Source: Octopus vulgaris (Eukaryota). Taken from it: 64,000 nucleotides of DNA. A model generated the notes under the pieces. The model worked only from the letters and a program-made list of their open reading frames with translations, made no database searches and was not told the origin of the DNA. Numbering within the stretch: position 1 is the stretch's first letter; each line of letters starts with the position of its first letter. This document shows, one piece after another, positions 51,105 through 64,000 of this stretch. The translations under genes were made by a program, and so were the position numbers. The stretch spans positions 62,806,001 to 62,870,000 of the forward strand of contig OX597826.1 in NCBI GenBank assembly GCA_951406725.2, given 5' to 3'.

Positions 51105-53724
51105 AACACACATACACACACACACACATATATATATATATATCCGTAAACTCCCAAACACATGCAACTGTACACACAAATACATACATAAATGTCATGC
51201 CGATTTAATAAGGCAAGCTCAACATAGGTGTTTGGAATGGCTAAGGGAGCAAACATTTTCATTAAAAGACCACCCAATCGGAATTAAGCAGTATTCTGTT
51301 GCTAACCAACAACAACAACAACAACAACTAAGCAAACACACCATTACACGCACACACATAGTCATACGTACAGACACACACACATAGATACACTAAATAA
51401 ACACACACAGGCAAACAACACATACACGGGCCAATGTACCATCTAAATGCCAGTGAAACCACTGTGCCTTCTTGATAAAGCCCATTAGATCCCGCAGACT
51501 GAGTTTTCATTTAAAAGTATGAAAGGCTGGATGATTGCATCTGGAATAGATTCTTATGGTTGATTTGGGGCTAATAATCAAAAGGGAACATAGTTTGTGT
51601 AATGTAGTCAGAGATAATCTGTATTAGAAATGGGATGGTCATTGCTAGGACACCTTTCATCTGCTCGATTAGACCTGACTCCGGAGCTAAACGGATACGA
51701 AAGAACACTCACGCGTGCGCACATACACACGCACACATCACATGTAATGGAATTGTACATAGTTTGCGTCGCCCACGTTCGCTCATAATACAGTGGTCGG
51801 CCTGGGGGTTTAAAGTAGCAGATTTATGTGGTGGGCGCACAAACGCCCACACATGTATACATCTATATACGCACGCACTCGCATACACAGGCTGCCCACT
51901 GGATTAAACAATCACAGCACATTTCTTGCCTGTCAAACACAAACAATAAGATTCAATAGAAGATGATCGATTAGATTAAGACACACTCCAGTAATCCACT
52001 TAATCCGATCAACGAATAAAACTTCAGATCAACTGTATGTTCAATAAAGAATATTTACTTTGAATTCCAACACAAACAACTCGTATATTTGAATGAAAGT
52101 AAGATTATTCTAGCTTCTCTCCTTCATTACTTTTTTGTTGGTGATTTGTTTTCCTGGTTTTTATTGCTGTTGTTTAACCCCAGGTCAACCCTTATTGATC
52201 AGCCAAAACATTGTATCATTGAAGTACGTTATTCAATATACATTTTTTTTAATTTTTATTTTTTTATTAATTACAGTAAAGTGTGAAATGAAAGCGTATG
52301 GTGTAAAATAATTACTCGAAGAAAATGAGGATTGCTATTTCTATTATAACAGTTATCTCTTGCTGTACGTTCTGAAATAAAATTGACGATCAATATTTAT
52401 TGCAATATGGAATAATTAATAATTGCTTAAAACGGATAATAAAGACTTGCGCGATAATACCTTTATTTAAATCATTTTCTGAAGAAGCTTCCGTTCTTCT
52501 TTGATTTCATGACTTCTTAAACCTAGAACCACAAAAATGTTTAAAATTTTTCAAATCCATGAATAGAGGGTGAATTCATGGGATTTCTATAGCTTCATGC
52601 TAGTTGTGAGAAGATAGATAGGAAAGGCTAGCGTGTTTTTTCATCTACAAAGAGGCCGATACCTTGTTGCCCAATATTGCTATACGTCTGAACTACATTC
52701 ATCATTCCTGTGCGATTGATTTTGCTTGCATCAGCTGCTCCAGAATTTGCAGCCATTCACATACGGTCAAAGATCAGCAGTTTCGTGAACGTATTTGACA
52801 TTCAGACGTGTCTACAGATGCACAACAGCTTCAGGCTATCAGTGACAACTGTTCGCTGACTGTTCATGTGATTTAGACAAAGTGATTACGTTGCTTGCAA
52901 AAGAAATTCTTCTCTTGCGCTCAAATTCACTAGTGTTTACATAGTATGGCCGAATGTTTAAGAAGTTTGATTTGCAATAACGAGGCGCCGAGTTCGATCC
53001 TACTGAGAGAAAAGAAAAAACATTACAATCCACACTATCGCGATGAGTCTACCTGAAAATTACGCCAAGGATACACGTACCTCTGAAATACTCCGAAAAT
53101 AATACGTTAATTCAGGAGCAAGTAATTCATTTGATCGAACCACTTAATCCGCAACGTCGATGGCAGAGACCCATGAAAATCACATACACTGAACTCTATG
53201 TCCTTTTGAATAATAGATTGAATCCAAAATCATCCGGTTCTGTCGTGAGAACCTAAATCTCAACTGTCTCAAAATCGTCATGAAGGACGAAGAGAAAGTG
53301 TTGTGGTCTGAAGAGACTTCTGAAGTCGCTGTTCAAATCTTCCTTATCATATCACAGGTACCATGAAACATGAACGCACCTTAATGTTTTACTTGCTTCA
53401 GCAATTTGGTGATACCGCCTTGAAAGTTTTAGTCGGACTAATGAACAACAGTACCTATTTTTAAAATCTTTTGCACATTTCGAAGACATCTTTGCCGCAC
53501 CGCTAGGTTATGAGAACGTAAACAAACCAGCACCGGTTGTCAAAGTGGTGATGGATAAGATCACAAGTTTACACATTCAAATACATACATATATATAATT
53601 ATTATTAAAATTGTAATTATAATTATAATTTTAACAATGATTATTACCTTTGATGTTTTTATTCCCATGCTAGCCACCAGATAAGGATAAGATCAGTGTT
53701 TTGAATAACGATATCATTGTTATT

Positions 53725-53799
<75 letters not shown>

Positions 53800-54178
53800 G
53801 CAGAGGTTAAATCGATCGATAGATAGATAAATAGATTGATTGATTGATTGATTGATTTACATATATTGGGCGGGCTTTCACACAGCACCAGTTATAGAAA
53901 TTCATTCCCAATACATTAGGCGGCACGGGGCTACAGCATAAGGCCCTCGTCCAAGATGCCGTGCAGTGGAACTGAAGCCGAAACTGCGTGGTTGCAAGGT
54001 GAGTTTCTTAACCAACTAGCCCTGCCTGCGCCTAAAAAGATATCTTAAAAGATATCCGTTCATGCTAAGCTGATAACCATTAAACCTCAAAGAATTCTGA
54101 TGCATAACGATTTATTCAGCTATATCGCATATTTAATGAACAGTTCAAGTATAATTTAAAAAATAACAGTTAATATCC

Positions 54179-54405
54179 AGGCCCGTTCAATACCCCGTTC
54201 TCCATCCGATCGGAAATCTCTGCAACGAAATCGGTGATAATATCAAAGATTACAAACTGTCGAATCACAATAATCTGTTCAGTGTGATCAAAGGATGCTC
54301 GGAAAATTCCGCATTTCTCGTTGCCTGCATCTGACTGAGGCTACGGAAAACAGATGTTGCAACGTCATGGAGATAAAAGAACTTCACAGCAGTGGATATT
54401 GTTAT
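54179..54405 (+). pseudogene. Tc1/mariner transposase C-terminal relic
   Basis: RPVQYPVLHPIGNLCNEI resembles WPxQSPDLNPIENLW; after a frameshift HLTEATENRCCNVM resembles LI.SM..RC..VI. Confidence 0.55.
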
Positions 54406-54597
54406 GCGAATATACTTTACTCAATAGGAAACTATTGCTTGAATTAACGTCTATATCTACAGATATTCATACATGCACACACAAACATATATAGATATGT
54501 ATATATGAGTGTGGGAAGGTGTATATGCTTGTCTGTGTATGTGTGAGAGTGTGTGTATGCATGAGATATCTATATCTGTGTGGGATTCGTGTATAAT

Positions 54598-54628
<31 letters not shown>

Positions 54629-55061
54629 GAGGGTGTATACCAAATATGTCTGTATGCATGTGTTCATGTGTGTATGGATGAGTTTAATGTTTGCTTTCAT
54701 GTGCACCAATATTGGCGTAGTTTTGTTTTCGATATGTCTCTCTTAAGCTTCTGCAATTCTCTGACTAGGTAGTATGTGGTTTATGTGCATGAGCAACTGG
54801 ATGTCAAACCAGAATATCGGGGGAAATATCATCACAGTTGTTGAATACATACCACCACATAGAGGTCGACAGTCAGTAACTAACTGAAAAGAATGAAAGT
54901 GTGTATGGAACGAAAGTCTTTCTCCCTAAACAAAAGGACTTCCATTGAACTCACAGAAGGTATTAAGCTTCAAAAGCAATAGAAATCCCTTACAGATCAC
55001 AGATAGAAATAATTGGAAGAGTATTTTAATCAAACTTATACAACAGAAAACAGGTATACAT

Positions 55062-55440
55062 ATAATAATTGACACACGGAAGTAATTGTTACTTTACAAT
55101 AATTCCTTCTGGATTAAGAAACAGGGACACGAGTTCTACTATGCATCTATGGATAGCTATGATAATGATGAAATGTTAGACGCCATCAATAAATTTTTAT
55201 TGCATGGTAATTTACTTAAACTTTAGTAAAGAAAAATAGCATCAGTATAATAATAAAGAGAAATCATTGTTATTTTACGATTATTTCTTCTAGATTAAGA
55301 AACATCTTATATAACATCCTATGTAACTTTGGACAGTTCTGACGGTACCGAAATATATGATGTCATTCACAAATATTTAATACATGTACTGTAGTAGTTA
55401 AACTCAAAGGTACAAATATAGGACTCTATCGAGCCAATGA
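55062..55440 (+). pseudogene. Penelope-like (Naiad-type) reverse transcriptase relic, RT4 region present twice
   Basis: IIIDTRK*LLLYNNSFWIKKQGHEFYYASMDSYDNDEMLD, then KSLLFYDYFF*IKK..YVTLDSSDGTEIYDVIHKYLIH..IGLYRAN; compare the recalled pattern RKSLLF...W.KK...FDV.MGSYDGAE...IGLYRDD. Confidence 0.7.
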
Positions 55441-56423
55441 AAATACCTGACACGATGATATCGACTGACATGGCATGACCAAAATAGTATATAAGGACAG
55501 TTTAATTCCAAACCTACTGCTGGTATATATTTTCTTGTGAGTAGATTTCAAGCAACATGGCACGAAGTGGTTTTCCCGAGAATACATTCCTCCAGGAATG
55601 AGTTCAACATCTTAACACCTAGGCCAGACATTCACTTATGTGTGTGTATGTGTGTGTCGTGCATGTGTGCGTGTATGAGTAAATATGTGTGCATATATAT
55701 ATATATATATATATTATATATACTTATTTAATAATATCAGGGTAATAAAGATTTTAGAAATTTTTACTAGCAGTGGTTTGGCGTATAGAAATATTTGTCA
55801 ATAGACTATATATTATACATATTAAATACAGTGTACATTTAAACACATTAAGACGCTTCCATCATAGGAATCCCTTACGTTAGAAAGAACAGCTAAAGTC
55901 CAAAACCACTAATTAGGGATAAATTCTCGAAAGAAATTGAAAGTAAAAACATTTACCATCTATTTCCTGGACCATGGTTTCTGACTTATTTTAGCAAATA
56001 AAATAATTTGCTAGGCAAAGTCTTCTTCAACAGGTACGCCAATGACTATTGAAAAGGCAATAATACATGTGATACTCCAGCATGGCCATGGCCTTTGTAC
56101 TGAAACGCATAAAAGAATAAATGAATATCTCTCTCTATATATATATATATATATTTAAATAATGAGGGAGATAAATTGAATATTAATTTAATTAATATCA
56201 ATTTAAAACCAGTAGCCTAGCACATAAAAATCTGAAAAATCAGCGAAAATTCCAATACATTTGTATATTTAGGGCTAAAAACCACTATGTGGACAGCCAT
56301 ATGCTACAAGTAGATCACATACGATCTAACTAGAAAGAAAGAATGTTCTCCAGAGAAAAATTCATCGAACACCAGAATATAGGCGGGCAAGACAGATGAA
56401 AATTATATAAAAATCAAGAATTA

Positions 56424-56497
56424 ATCGTATACTGGTTTCGTCTATTACCGAATAAATTACTTACGTAATCCTTCGTCCGTAGATTCATCAGTACGAT
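56424..56497 (-). ncRNA. Hammerhead motif with extended helix II in a PLE-like insert (~56157-56531)
   Basis: Reverse complement ATCGTA CTGATGA A TCTA...(ATTAC-gtaa-GTAAT)...TAGA C GAAA CCAG TA TACGAT: perfect 6-bp helix I. A 33-bp inverted repeat lies at 56262-56294 / 56499-56531. Confidence 0.7.
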
Positions 56498-56532
56498 CGT
56501 CCACATAATGGTGTTTAGCCCTAAATACACAA

Positions 56533-56624
<92 letters not shown>

Positions 56625-57079
56625 ATGATGTATGTATGTACGCAAAAATGCTAGTTCTAAAATCTATCTAGGAGATCAAGGCAGTAGTTGTATTAGCTGG
56701 TTAACGCTGCACAGCTGCATCCGAGATATTGCGCGCAGGGAAGCTAGCCCCTACCACCTTCTAGTGACGGAACCAGGAGACCAGGAAACCAGCCTGGTTT
56801 CGGGCTATTTCTGCCTCTTTCTGGACACCTCGTCTGCTAGTGATGGCAGTAGCTTGTTTCTGCTCCCAATATTTATAATTTCAAAGGCAACGAGTTGGCA
56901 GAAACGTTACCACGCCGGGTGAAATACATAGCAGAATATCGTCTGTCTAACGTTCTGAGTTCATATTCCGTCTTTCATCATTTCGAGGTCGATAAATTAA
57001 TTATCAGTCGTGTACTGCGGTCGATTTAATCGACTGGCCCCTGCTCCAAATTTTCTAGCCTTGGGCCCAAAATGGAAAA

Positions 57080-57477
57080 TCTTTATATATAAAAGAGAAG
57101 TTGTGTGTCTGTCTCCTACGATTTAGATTCCTAACTACTCCCACATTTTGTGTTGCAGTTTAACCAAAACCGGGTATCTAATAGTCGTGATTCATATCGA
57201 GCCCTTCTGGGTATTAGCGCGCGTCTACGATGAGTCTACGATTTAAAAAAAAAATTACCATCATTCTTTTCCATTTTAATGCATTTTTTCATTATTATAT
57301 AAGGGAAGTAACTCTCTAAAAATGTCTACGATGAGTCAACGATTTAAAAAAAAGTTTACCATCATTTTTTTTCCATTTTTAATGCATTTCTTTGCTATTT
57401 TTTGGCTATAACTCTCTAAAAATGCTTATATAGTTATTTCCCTTACAAACTCGAGCAACGCCGGGCGATACCGCTAG
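57080..57477 (+). mobile_element. Non-autonomous Helitron, same family as 25803-26195
   Basis: A|TC...hairpin...CTAG|T; highly similar throughout, with the same internal duplicated GTCTACGATGAGTC..TTACCATCAT unit. Confidence 0.9.
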
Positions 57478-57719
57478 TAATATATATAATTTCAAGCGAT
57501 ATAAAGTTGCTGATGTAGCAGCAAGCCAAAGTGCTAGCTCTTTAAGTGATCGAAATATCTCGGATGCAGCTCTGTATCTCCAGCTTGAGGAGAGGTCCTC
57601 TTCGAATTAAAATATCGCAGTAGAGTCCGTTCGAACGGACAGCCATGTTGAAGTTGCTAGGAACGTTAATTATATGTGCGTGTGTGTGTGTGAGTGTGTG
57701 CGAGTTTATGTATGTATAT

Positions 57720-58181
57720 TCTTTTATTCTTTCACTTGTTCTAGTCATTTGACTGCGGCCATACTGGGGCAGCGGATTAAAAGTTTTTAGTCGCACAAAT
57801 CGACCACAGACCTTATTCCACCAGTCACTTTTGCCGAATCGCTAATTTACGTGTCGTTAACACACCAGCACCGGTTATTCAGCGGTGATGGTGGGGACAA
57901 ACACAGGTATAAAGACAAACACACACATAGATATATACATGCATGTGTATAAATGTGTATATATATATATATATATATATACATATATATACATATATAT
58001 ACATATATATGTGTGTGTGCGTGTGTATGTATACGACAGGCTTTTTTTAGTTTCCGTCAACCAAATCCACTCTCAAGGCTTTGGCTGGGACAACGCTGTA
58101 GTAGAAGACATATAGCCGTGGGACTGAACCCGGAACCATGTGATTTGGAAAAAACCTTCTTACAGCACGGCGATGGCTGCG

Positions 58182-58184
<3 letters not shown>
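57720..58184 (-). mobile_element. CORE-like SINE (diverged)
   Basis: Head-to-tail similarity to 27040-27526. Confidence 0.7.
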
Positions 58185-58221
<37 letters not shown>

Positions 58222-58289
58222 CTCATACACACAGACACACGTGCACACACACACATACACACACATATACATACACACACACACACACA

Positions 58290-58326
<37 letters not shown>

Positions 58327-58918
58327 GCTACACGTAACCCACAATACACACGTTAATATTAAACTTTAAGTGAAGCGAAACTACTTCAGATACCAGACAA
58401 TTGACTGCATTCCGTAGCCCAATCGACAAAGCTTTTATTTGAGGATTTGATTCCAATCATTGCTTGTATATGTGTAAAAGGGTCGTATAAATAATTCGAT
58501 CATATTAGACCGTTCGATCGATGAATAGGTCTTATTCTTTATTGATAAATGTTTAGTTACACCCCGATAGCTATCGCTACATAACATGCATGTATGAACG
58601 TTTATTTTCATGAAATTATAGTATAAAAGCATAGAAAAACAAATTTGATGTCGCCATACACATAGTCCCGATTTACACTAAACACACATACACTCACTCA
58701 CATACACCTCACTTGTGTGAAGAAGAGAGTGTGTGTATGTGTGTGCGTGCGTTTCGAAAGATTGCCAGCCGAGATTTTGAAGTTATTGCCACTAACCAAC
58801 CTTGTAAAAGTTTAATACACATGCGCGCTAATTAAAAGTGTTGAGAAATCCTTCAGCTTACTGTTAAATTGATTTTATATATAAGTTGACAAAATATATT
58901 TGTATGTACGTATACACG

Positions 58919-58984
<66 letters not shown>

Positions 58985-59149
58985 TTCATAGATTGTTCTT
59001 CTGGACAAAGTACGCACGACCTTACAAACGCATGGCGTCGAGACCAGTCTTGCTGCGTCGCACATTGGAAAGTGTTTTCTACAATAGACCAGAGGCGACA
59101 AATGCCTCGTGATATGGAAACTGCGTGGATGCCCGTTGTTTACATCTAA

Positions 59150-59198
<49 letters not shown>

Positions 59199-59320
59199 TT
59201 CAGCAATATTTAGATTCAAATGAATACGGTACTTAATTTAGATGCACCAAAATTTTGTATGGTGTTATCCATATAAATCCATGGGTTGATTATAATCAAA
59301 ATAAGCAACAAGAATATAAA

Positions 59321-59404
59321 TGGCTGATGATTGCTCAACATTTTAAAACTGTTGTAATACTTACAATGTTTAATAAAATTATGTAGCGTGAAACGATCGT
59401 ACCA
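59321..59404 (+). ncRNA. Second copy of the extended-helix-II hammerhead, enclosed by a 22-bp inverted repeat
   Basis: TGG CTGATGA TTGCT...AGCGT GAAA CGATCG TA CCA; perfect inverted repeat 59296-59317 / 59416-59437. Confidence 0.6.
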
Positions 59405-61864
59405 AATTACCGAAGATATTCTTGTTGCTTATTTTGAATATACATATATATTCTTGTTGCTATATATATAATATACATATATATATATATATACATACAT
59501 ATGTGTATGCATGTATGTATGTATGTATAAATACATACATATATATATTCTTGCCTATGTGCTTCTTTCGACGCCGTTTTGGCGATCAGAGTTGGTATGT
59601 CTACGTGTAAATATCTTAGCGGTTCAGCACAAGAGCCTGATAGATTAAGTGCCAGACTTATAAAATTAAGTATTTACTGCCCTCGATTTTATCGTCTAAG
59701 AACCTTTGACATCGGAACCCCAACTTGGCCTCTGTCCAATAAATGAAATAACGGATAAAGGATAAAGCAAAGCTATGAAAGAAAATCAACGATCGCACAA
59801 TTAATACAAATAAATTTCAAAGGAATCAAACTACGTTTAACAGCAACAAAGATTTGTTTCATTATGTGTGTGCGTTACTTCTTGGCTGATAAACAGTAAA
59901 ATCCTCTAGAATTGTACACATACACAATGATAGCTTAATATGTCATGAACAGCAGTTATTTCTCTTCTTATTTAAATATCATACTTAGAAAATTCAAAGA
60001 ATATACTCAAATAATTATCCATATATAATATTCAACAACATCTATTTAATTAATCCGCTCGAGACTTTGACACAGTTCACAATGTTAATCGTTTTGCTAG
60101 TCACGTAGCTTGAGTCATTTCTGTATCATCTTTGATTCGTCGTTTGACTTTTAAAGACCTTCAAATTATTCTCCTAGATCGTTAACCTCTTAACATACAT
60201 GCAAGTATGCATACATACAAACATAGATACACACCACACAAGAACAACTTCTAGATTAACTATAAAAATAGTTACATTAATATGATCTAAATGCCAACGA
60301 TTCTGGTTTTGTTGAAAGACAAAATCGATCAAAAGTCTTCATATCTTGTCAAAATTCAATTCATTGTAACGATTCCCGATATAATGTCGAAGAACCGTTT
60401 CAAAAGTCGGCTTTGTTCTGCTAGAGAATACTGTGATCTATGGAAAATAAAGCAATTCAAAAGTCTTCTTATGTATATCCAGAATTAGCTACATCAAGAC
60501 AAAATGGCGGATGTCTTTTCGTAAAACCTGTTATTAAAGACTTTCGTTGCGGTGAAGTTGATGTTAACTTTTTCCTGTTTATCGTACTGTGTTGCTTGTT
60601 AATTTTGCAGGATATAAAGAAGTAGCAACAAGGTAACAGAGCGGTTTAAATCTTAGAACGACAGACTAAATACTTCTTTAATGATATTTAATTTCGCTAT
60701 AATTATAGGCCACTTCGAGACCCATTTTTCCTGGCATATCGACAAAATAAGAACAAAATATAAACTGAAAATTACTTCAGTTGATTTATTTACATATTTT
60801 CTGTTTGCAGATTATTTTACTCAAACAGAATCTAATTTTGTAAAGTCGTTTTATATCCACATTCACTTATTCTCTCTTATGCAGTATGTACTACCTGCTA
60901 AATATTTGTATGGATTAATGACTCCATTTTCATTTTTATAAAAAAATTGGTAAATTATTTTTAAATTAAAAAATTGAAAAACATTATGACTATAAATTTT
61001 GAATACTATAAGACTTCTTATTGGTGTTAAAGACTCAAACACATATATTTGTATATGACTCTGTCTGAGATAAAAGAAAATGGAAAATAGTTCAAGATAT
61101 TCATTAAAAAAACCAGTATTAAATAGAAAATAATTAATATCTAATATCTGATGAGATGCTTTTAATTTAAATTATCAGTTTTCTTATTTGAGAATCACTA
61201 CAAGTTCCTACACTTATAGATGTATAATCAATTTCGCTGTTTAGCTGCCAGGTTGATTATTATACTGAACAGTGTTTCGAGTGGGTATGAGGAAGAACGG
61301 GCCGACATCGGCAAATTTACCTTCTAAAGACGAGAACATTTATTATATTACCTACTATCAGAAATAACCGGTGTTGTCAGGGTCAATGAAAATAATGGAA
61401 TTCAAAAATTCTAACATGAAATAGAAACTACGCAGGTCTCACCTCCTAGTAGATGAGATGCCAACTTTATACATTAATAACCCAACGTTTCCCATGTTAT
61501 TACAAATAATGAAATTTAAGTATGCCTTTCAAATTTCTAAGTAAAATGAAATATGGATTATGCAGTTCTGAGCAGTTATTACTTGAGGTACCAACTGTAT
61601 ATGTCAATAACATGTTTTGTCCGATGTTCTCACTGTTAAACTTGTTAAAAAAGCAGGTAGTACGTTGTCTTTGCAATCACCTTCGCTTGTCAGTACTTAT
61701 ATGAAACACGTTGAACCTGAAAATACATAAATTTGAGAAGCGCTGCCCTCTGGGTGCTCCTCTCCTGTTAATGAATATATTTAATAAAAATTCTATCAGA
61801 TGACGTGGGTATACACAAATATTTTAAAATAAATCCGGAAATCAATCACAGTTTAATTATCTAG

Positions 61865-63042
61865 AGCTTATAAATGTACAACGTTTTGAGTGTCTTTTAA
61901 TCGGTGTATAAATGAAAAGATTTGTGGGGACTTCCATCTCTCGATCAACCTACATATAATTGCCCATGAGAGAAGCAAGAAGAAGCAAGGTGAAGTCCAA
62001 CATTGAGAGACTGTCCTTGAGATTTGTTTATTGACATAGCGAGACTTAGTTTTACTGTGAACTGGACCTGTTTAAATTCAAAGGGGAGGTCATATGGGAT
62101 TAACGGGATCCGTGGAATGAAGGTATCCTCACCCTTATAGTTTCCAGTCATAAATATTTGCCTCTAGGACAAGGATTGCATCGCTTTCAGCACCAGTTTG
62201 GTACCATTGTACAGATGAGGTTGATCCAGATTCCTGAGCAGCATTACTGGGGCCCTCATTTTAAGTGGTGAGATGGCATTCCAGAGGGCTGTAGAGAGTA
62301 AATTCGAAAATCTGCGGTTGATTTTGTCAACAGCAGCATTACGTGGAGCTAAGATGGCTCGCTCACAGAGACATTGACTGTTGCTAAAGTTTTGTGCAAT
62401 GTTTGGGAGCACATGAATTGTGAGATCCTTGACAGTTGGTACCATCACACCACAGGGTAGCTGGTGTTCCTATATTTGGTGGACATACGGTAGTTGCCCA
62501 ACCCCTATCTTCAGGAGCCGGTATGAAAACAACCTAGCAGTTTGATCACCAGATAATTGGGCCCTCATGTTAACTGTCAGGTCACTTTAGTCACTTGCCT
62601 CCACAGATAGGATTGCTTGAGACAGGCCTGTAGCTCATCTACGTTTGTACCTTTTGGGATCACAAGAAGGGTTGATTCGAAATTCCCAGCCAATACTATT
62701 TTGACCCCCACCTATGACAATGTCCTTTCCTCTCAAATCTCTTAGGCTACGGTCAACAGCCTCAAGTGCTCCACGGTGAGACATGGTGCATTCATCCCAG
62801 ACAATCAAGCGCGTCTGCTGCAAAACCTTGGCCTTTGCTGATGTCTTAAAACTGTTGCAAAATGAAGTCTCTGTCCAATCTAAATTAAAGGGAACCGTAA
62901 AAGTAGAACGAGCCGTTCGTCCTCCTGTCAAGAGAGTAGTTGATACTCCAGAAAACGCTACCGCCAATGCAAAGCAGTCATCTAGACGGACTAACAAAAG
63001 GTTGATCAAAAACGTTTTGTCAGTATCCTCAGGAGCAGTACC
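61865..63042 (-). pseudogene. Decayed Helitron RepHel PIF1-family helicase domain
   Basis: Frameshifted pieces: APEDTDKTFLINLLL (degenerate Walker A), ALAVAFSGVSTTLLTGGRTA, LIVWDECTM, LLRNLD..LYNGTKL, FIPRIPL, AMSINKSQGQSL, FSHGQLYVG. Confidence 0.88.
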
Positions 63043-63049
63043 TCATTCA

Positions 63050-63740
63050 ATTAATTGAAAAAGAGGCGTCTATCTCCGTATGAAATTTTTTTTCTCACAC
63101 ACACTCACATAAACATATATCTTATATATATAAAACACACCTATTGAGAATTGAAAATTTTGACGGAAATGAACCTTTACCTACGGATACACAAATGGAA
63201 AGGTAGGGACGATTATGGTGTAGAGTGATCCAGCTGTTTGGCCGTCCATAGAGGACACACACAAATATATGTCTTATGTATATAAAACAGATTTGTTAAC
63301 ATGTGAAAAAAGGCCTCTACCTCCGTATGGAATCTACTTACACACACACACACACACATACATACATACACGCACACACACACAATAATATGTATCATAT
63401 ATATATGAAACAGACTAGTTGAAATTTGAAAGAAAGGTGTCTATCTCTGTACTGAATGTATTTTCACACACACACATTAGTATATAACTAAACAGACCTG
63501 TTAACATATGCAAAATATGCGTCTATCTCTGTGTAGAATACATTTAAATGCACATAAATATATATCTTATATATGAAGCAGACGCGTTGACATTGGAAAA
63601 TGTTTACATCATATCTAAAAGAGGCGTCTATCTCCGTGTAGAATGTATTTACACACATAAATATATACATTATATATGACGCAGACCAGTTGACATTGCA
63701 AAATCTTTACATAAATGAACTTGTACGTACAGATACACAA
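63050..63740. repeat. Degenerate tandem repeat (~5 units) next to the Helitron helicase relic
   Basis: Recurrent AAAGAGGCGTCTATCTCCGT..GAA and ATATAT.AAACAGAC..GTT.ACAT motifs. Confidence 0.6.
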
Positions 63741-64000
63741 ATAGAAAACTGGAAAAGAATATAAAAAAATGAAAGCACCTTTATAAATTCTTTTTTTATT
63801 AGGAATCGTCATAACTTTAATGATGTATACGTATGTTTATGTGTAAAAATCTGGTTACTTAGTTACTACGTCAGAACGCCAGACACAGGAAGTTGACACT
63901 GACAAAACGGTTTGAAGAAGTGAATCTTAATTATATATATATAAAGCAATATCATTTATTTCTCAGCGCATGACGCAATATTATTTATTTTTAGTAAACA

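Noticed and set aside
53298-53325. CTGAAGA followed by a GACTT/AAGTC hairpin
   Set aside because: No GAAA box or UH site follows.

Overview
AT-rich, microsatellite-saturated eukaryotic genomic DNA. The SINE families and repeat landscape look like an octopus (coleoid cephalopod) genome; this is an inference. Only one host protein-coding segment is supported: a large first coding exon (7850-9232, minus) of a GABA-B-receptor-like class C GPCR, with a signal peptide and an unusually long (~375 aa) low-complexity extension before the Venus-flytrap domain. The rest is retro- and DNA-transposon debris: many tRNA-derived SINEs, a 5'-truncated but uninterrupted R4/Dong-type RLE LINE inserted in (TAA)n, two young non-autonomous Helitrons, a decayed Helitron helicase, a Tc1 relic, and Penelope-like (PLE) RT and endonuclease relics. 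The most notable signal, invisible in the ORF track, is a dense set of hammerhead ribozyme (HHR) motifs, mostly in short inserts beside (TA)n. These include two ~330-bp palindromic, TSD-flanked elements that each carry two head-to-head HHRs with a compensatory G3:C8 core swap (GUGAACA), and several HHRs with greatly extended helix II. Nearly all other ORFs in the track are microsatellite artefacts. All structures were read by eye, none was computed, and SINE boundaries are approximate.
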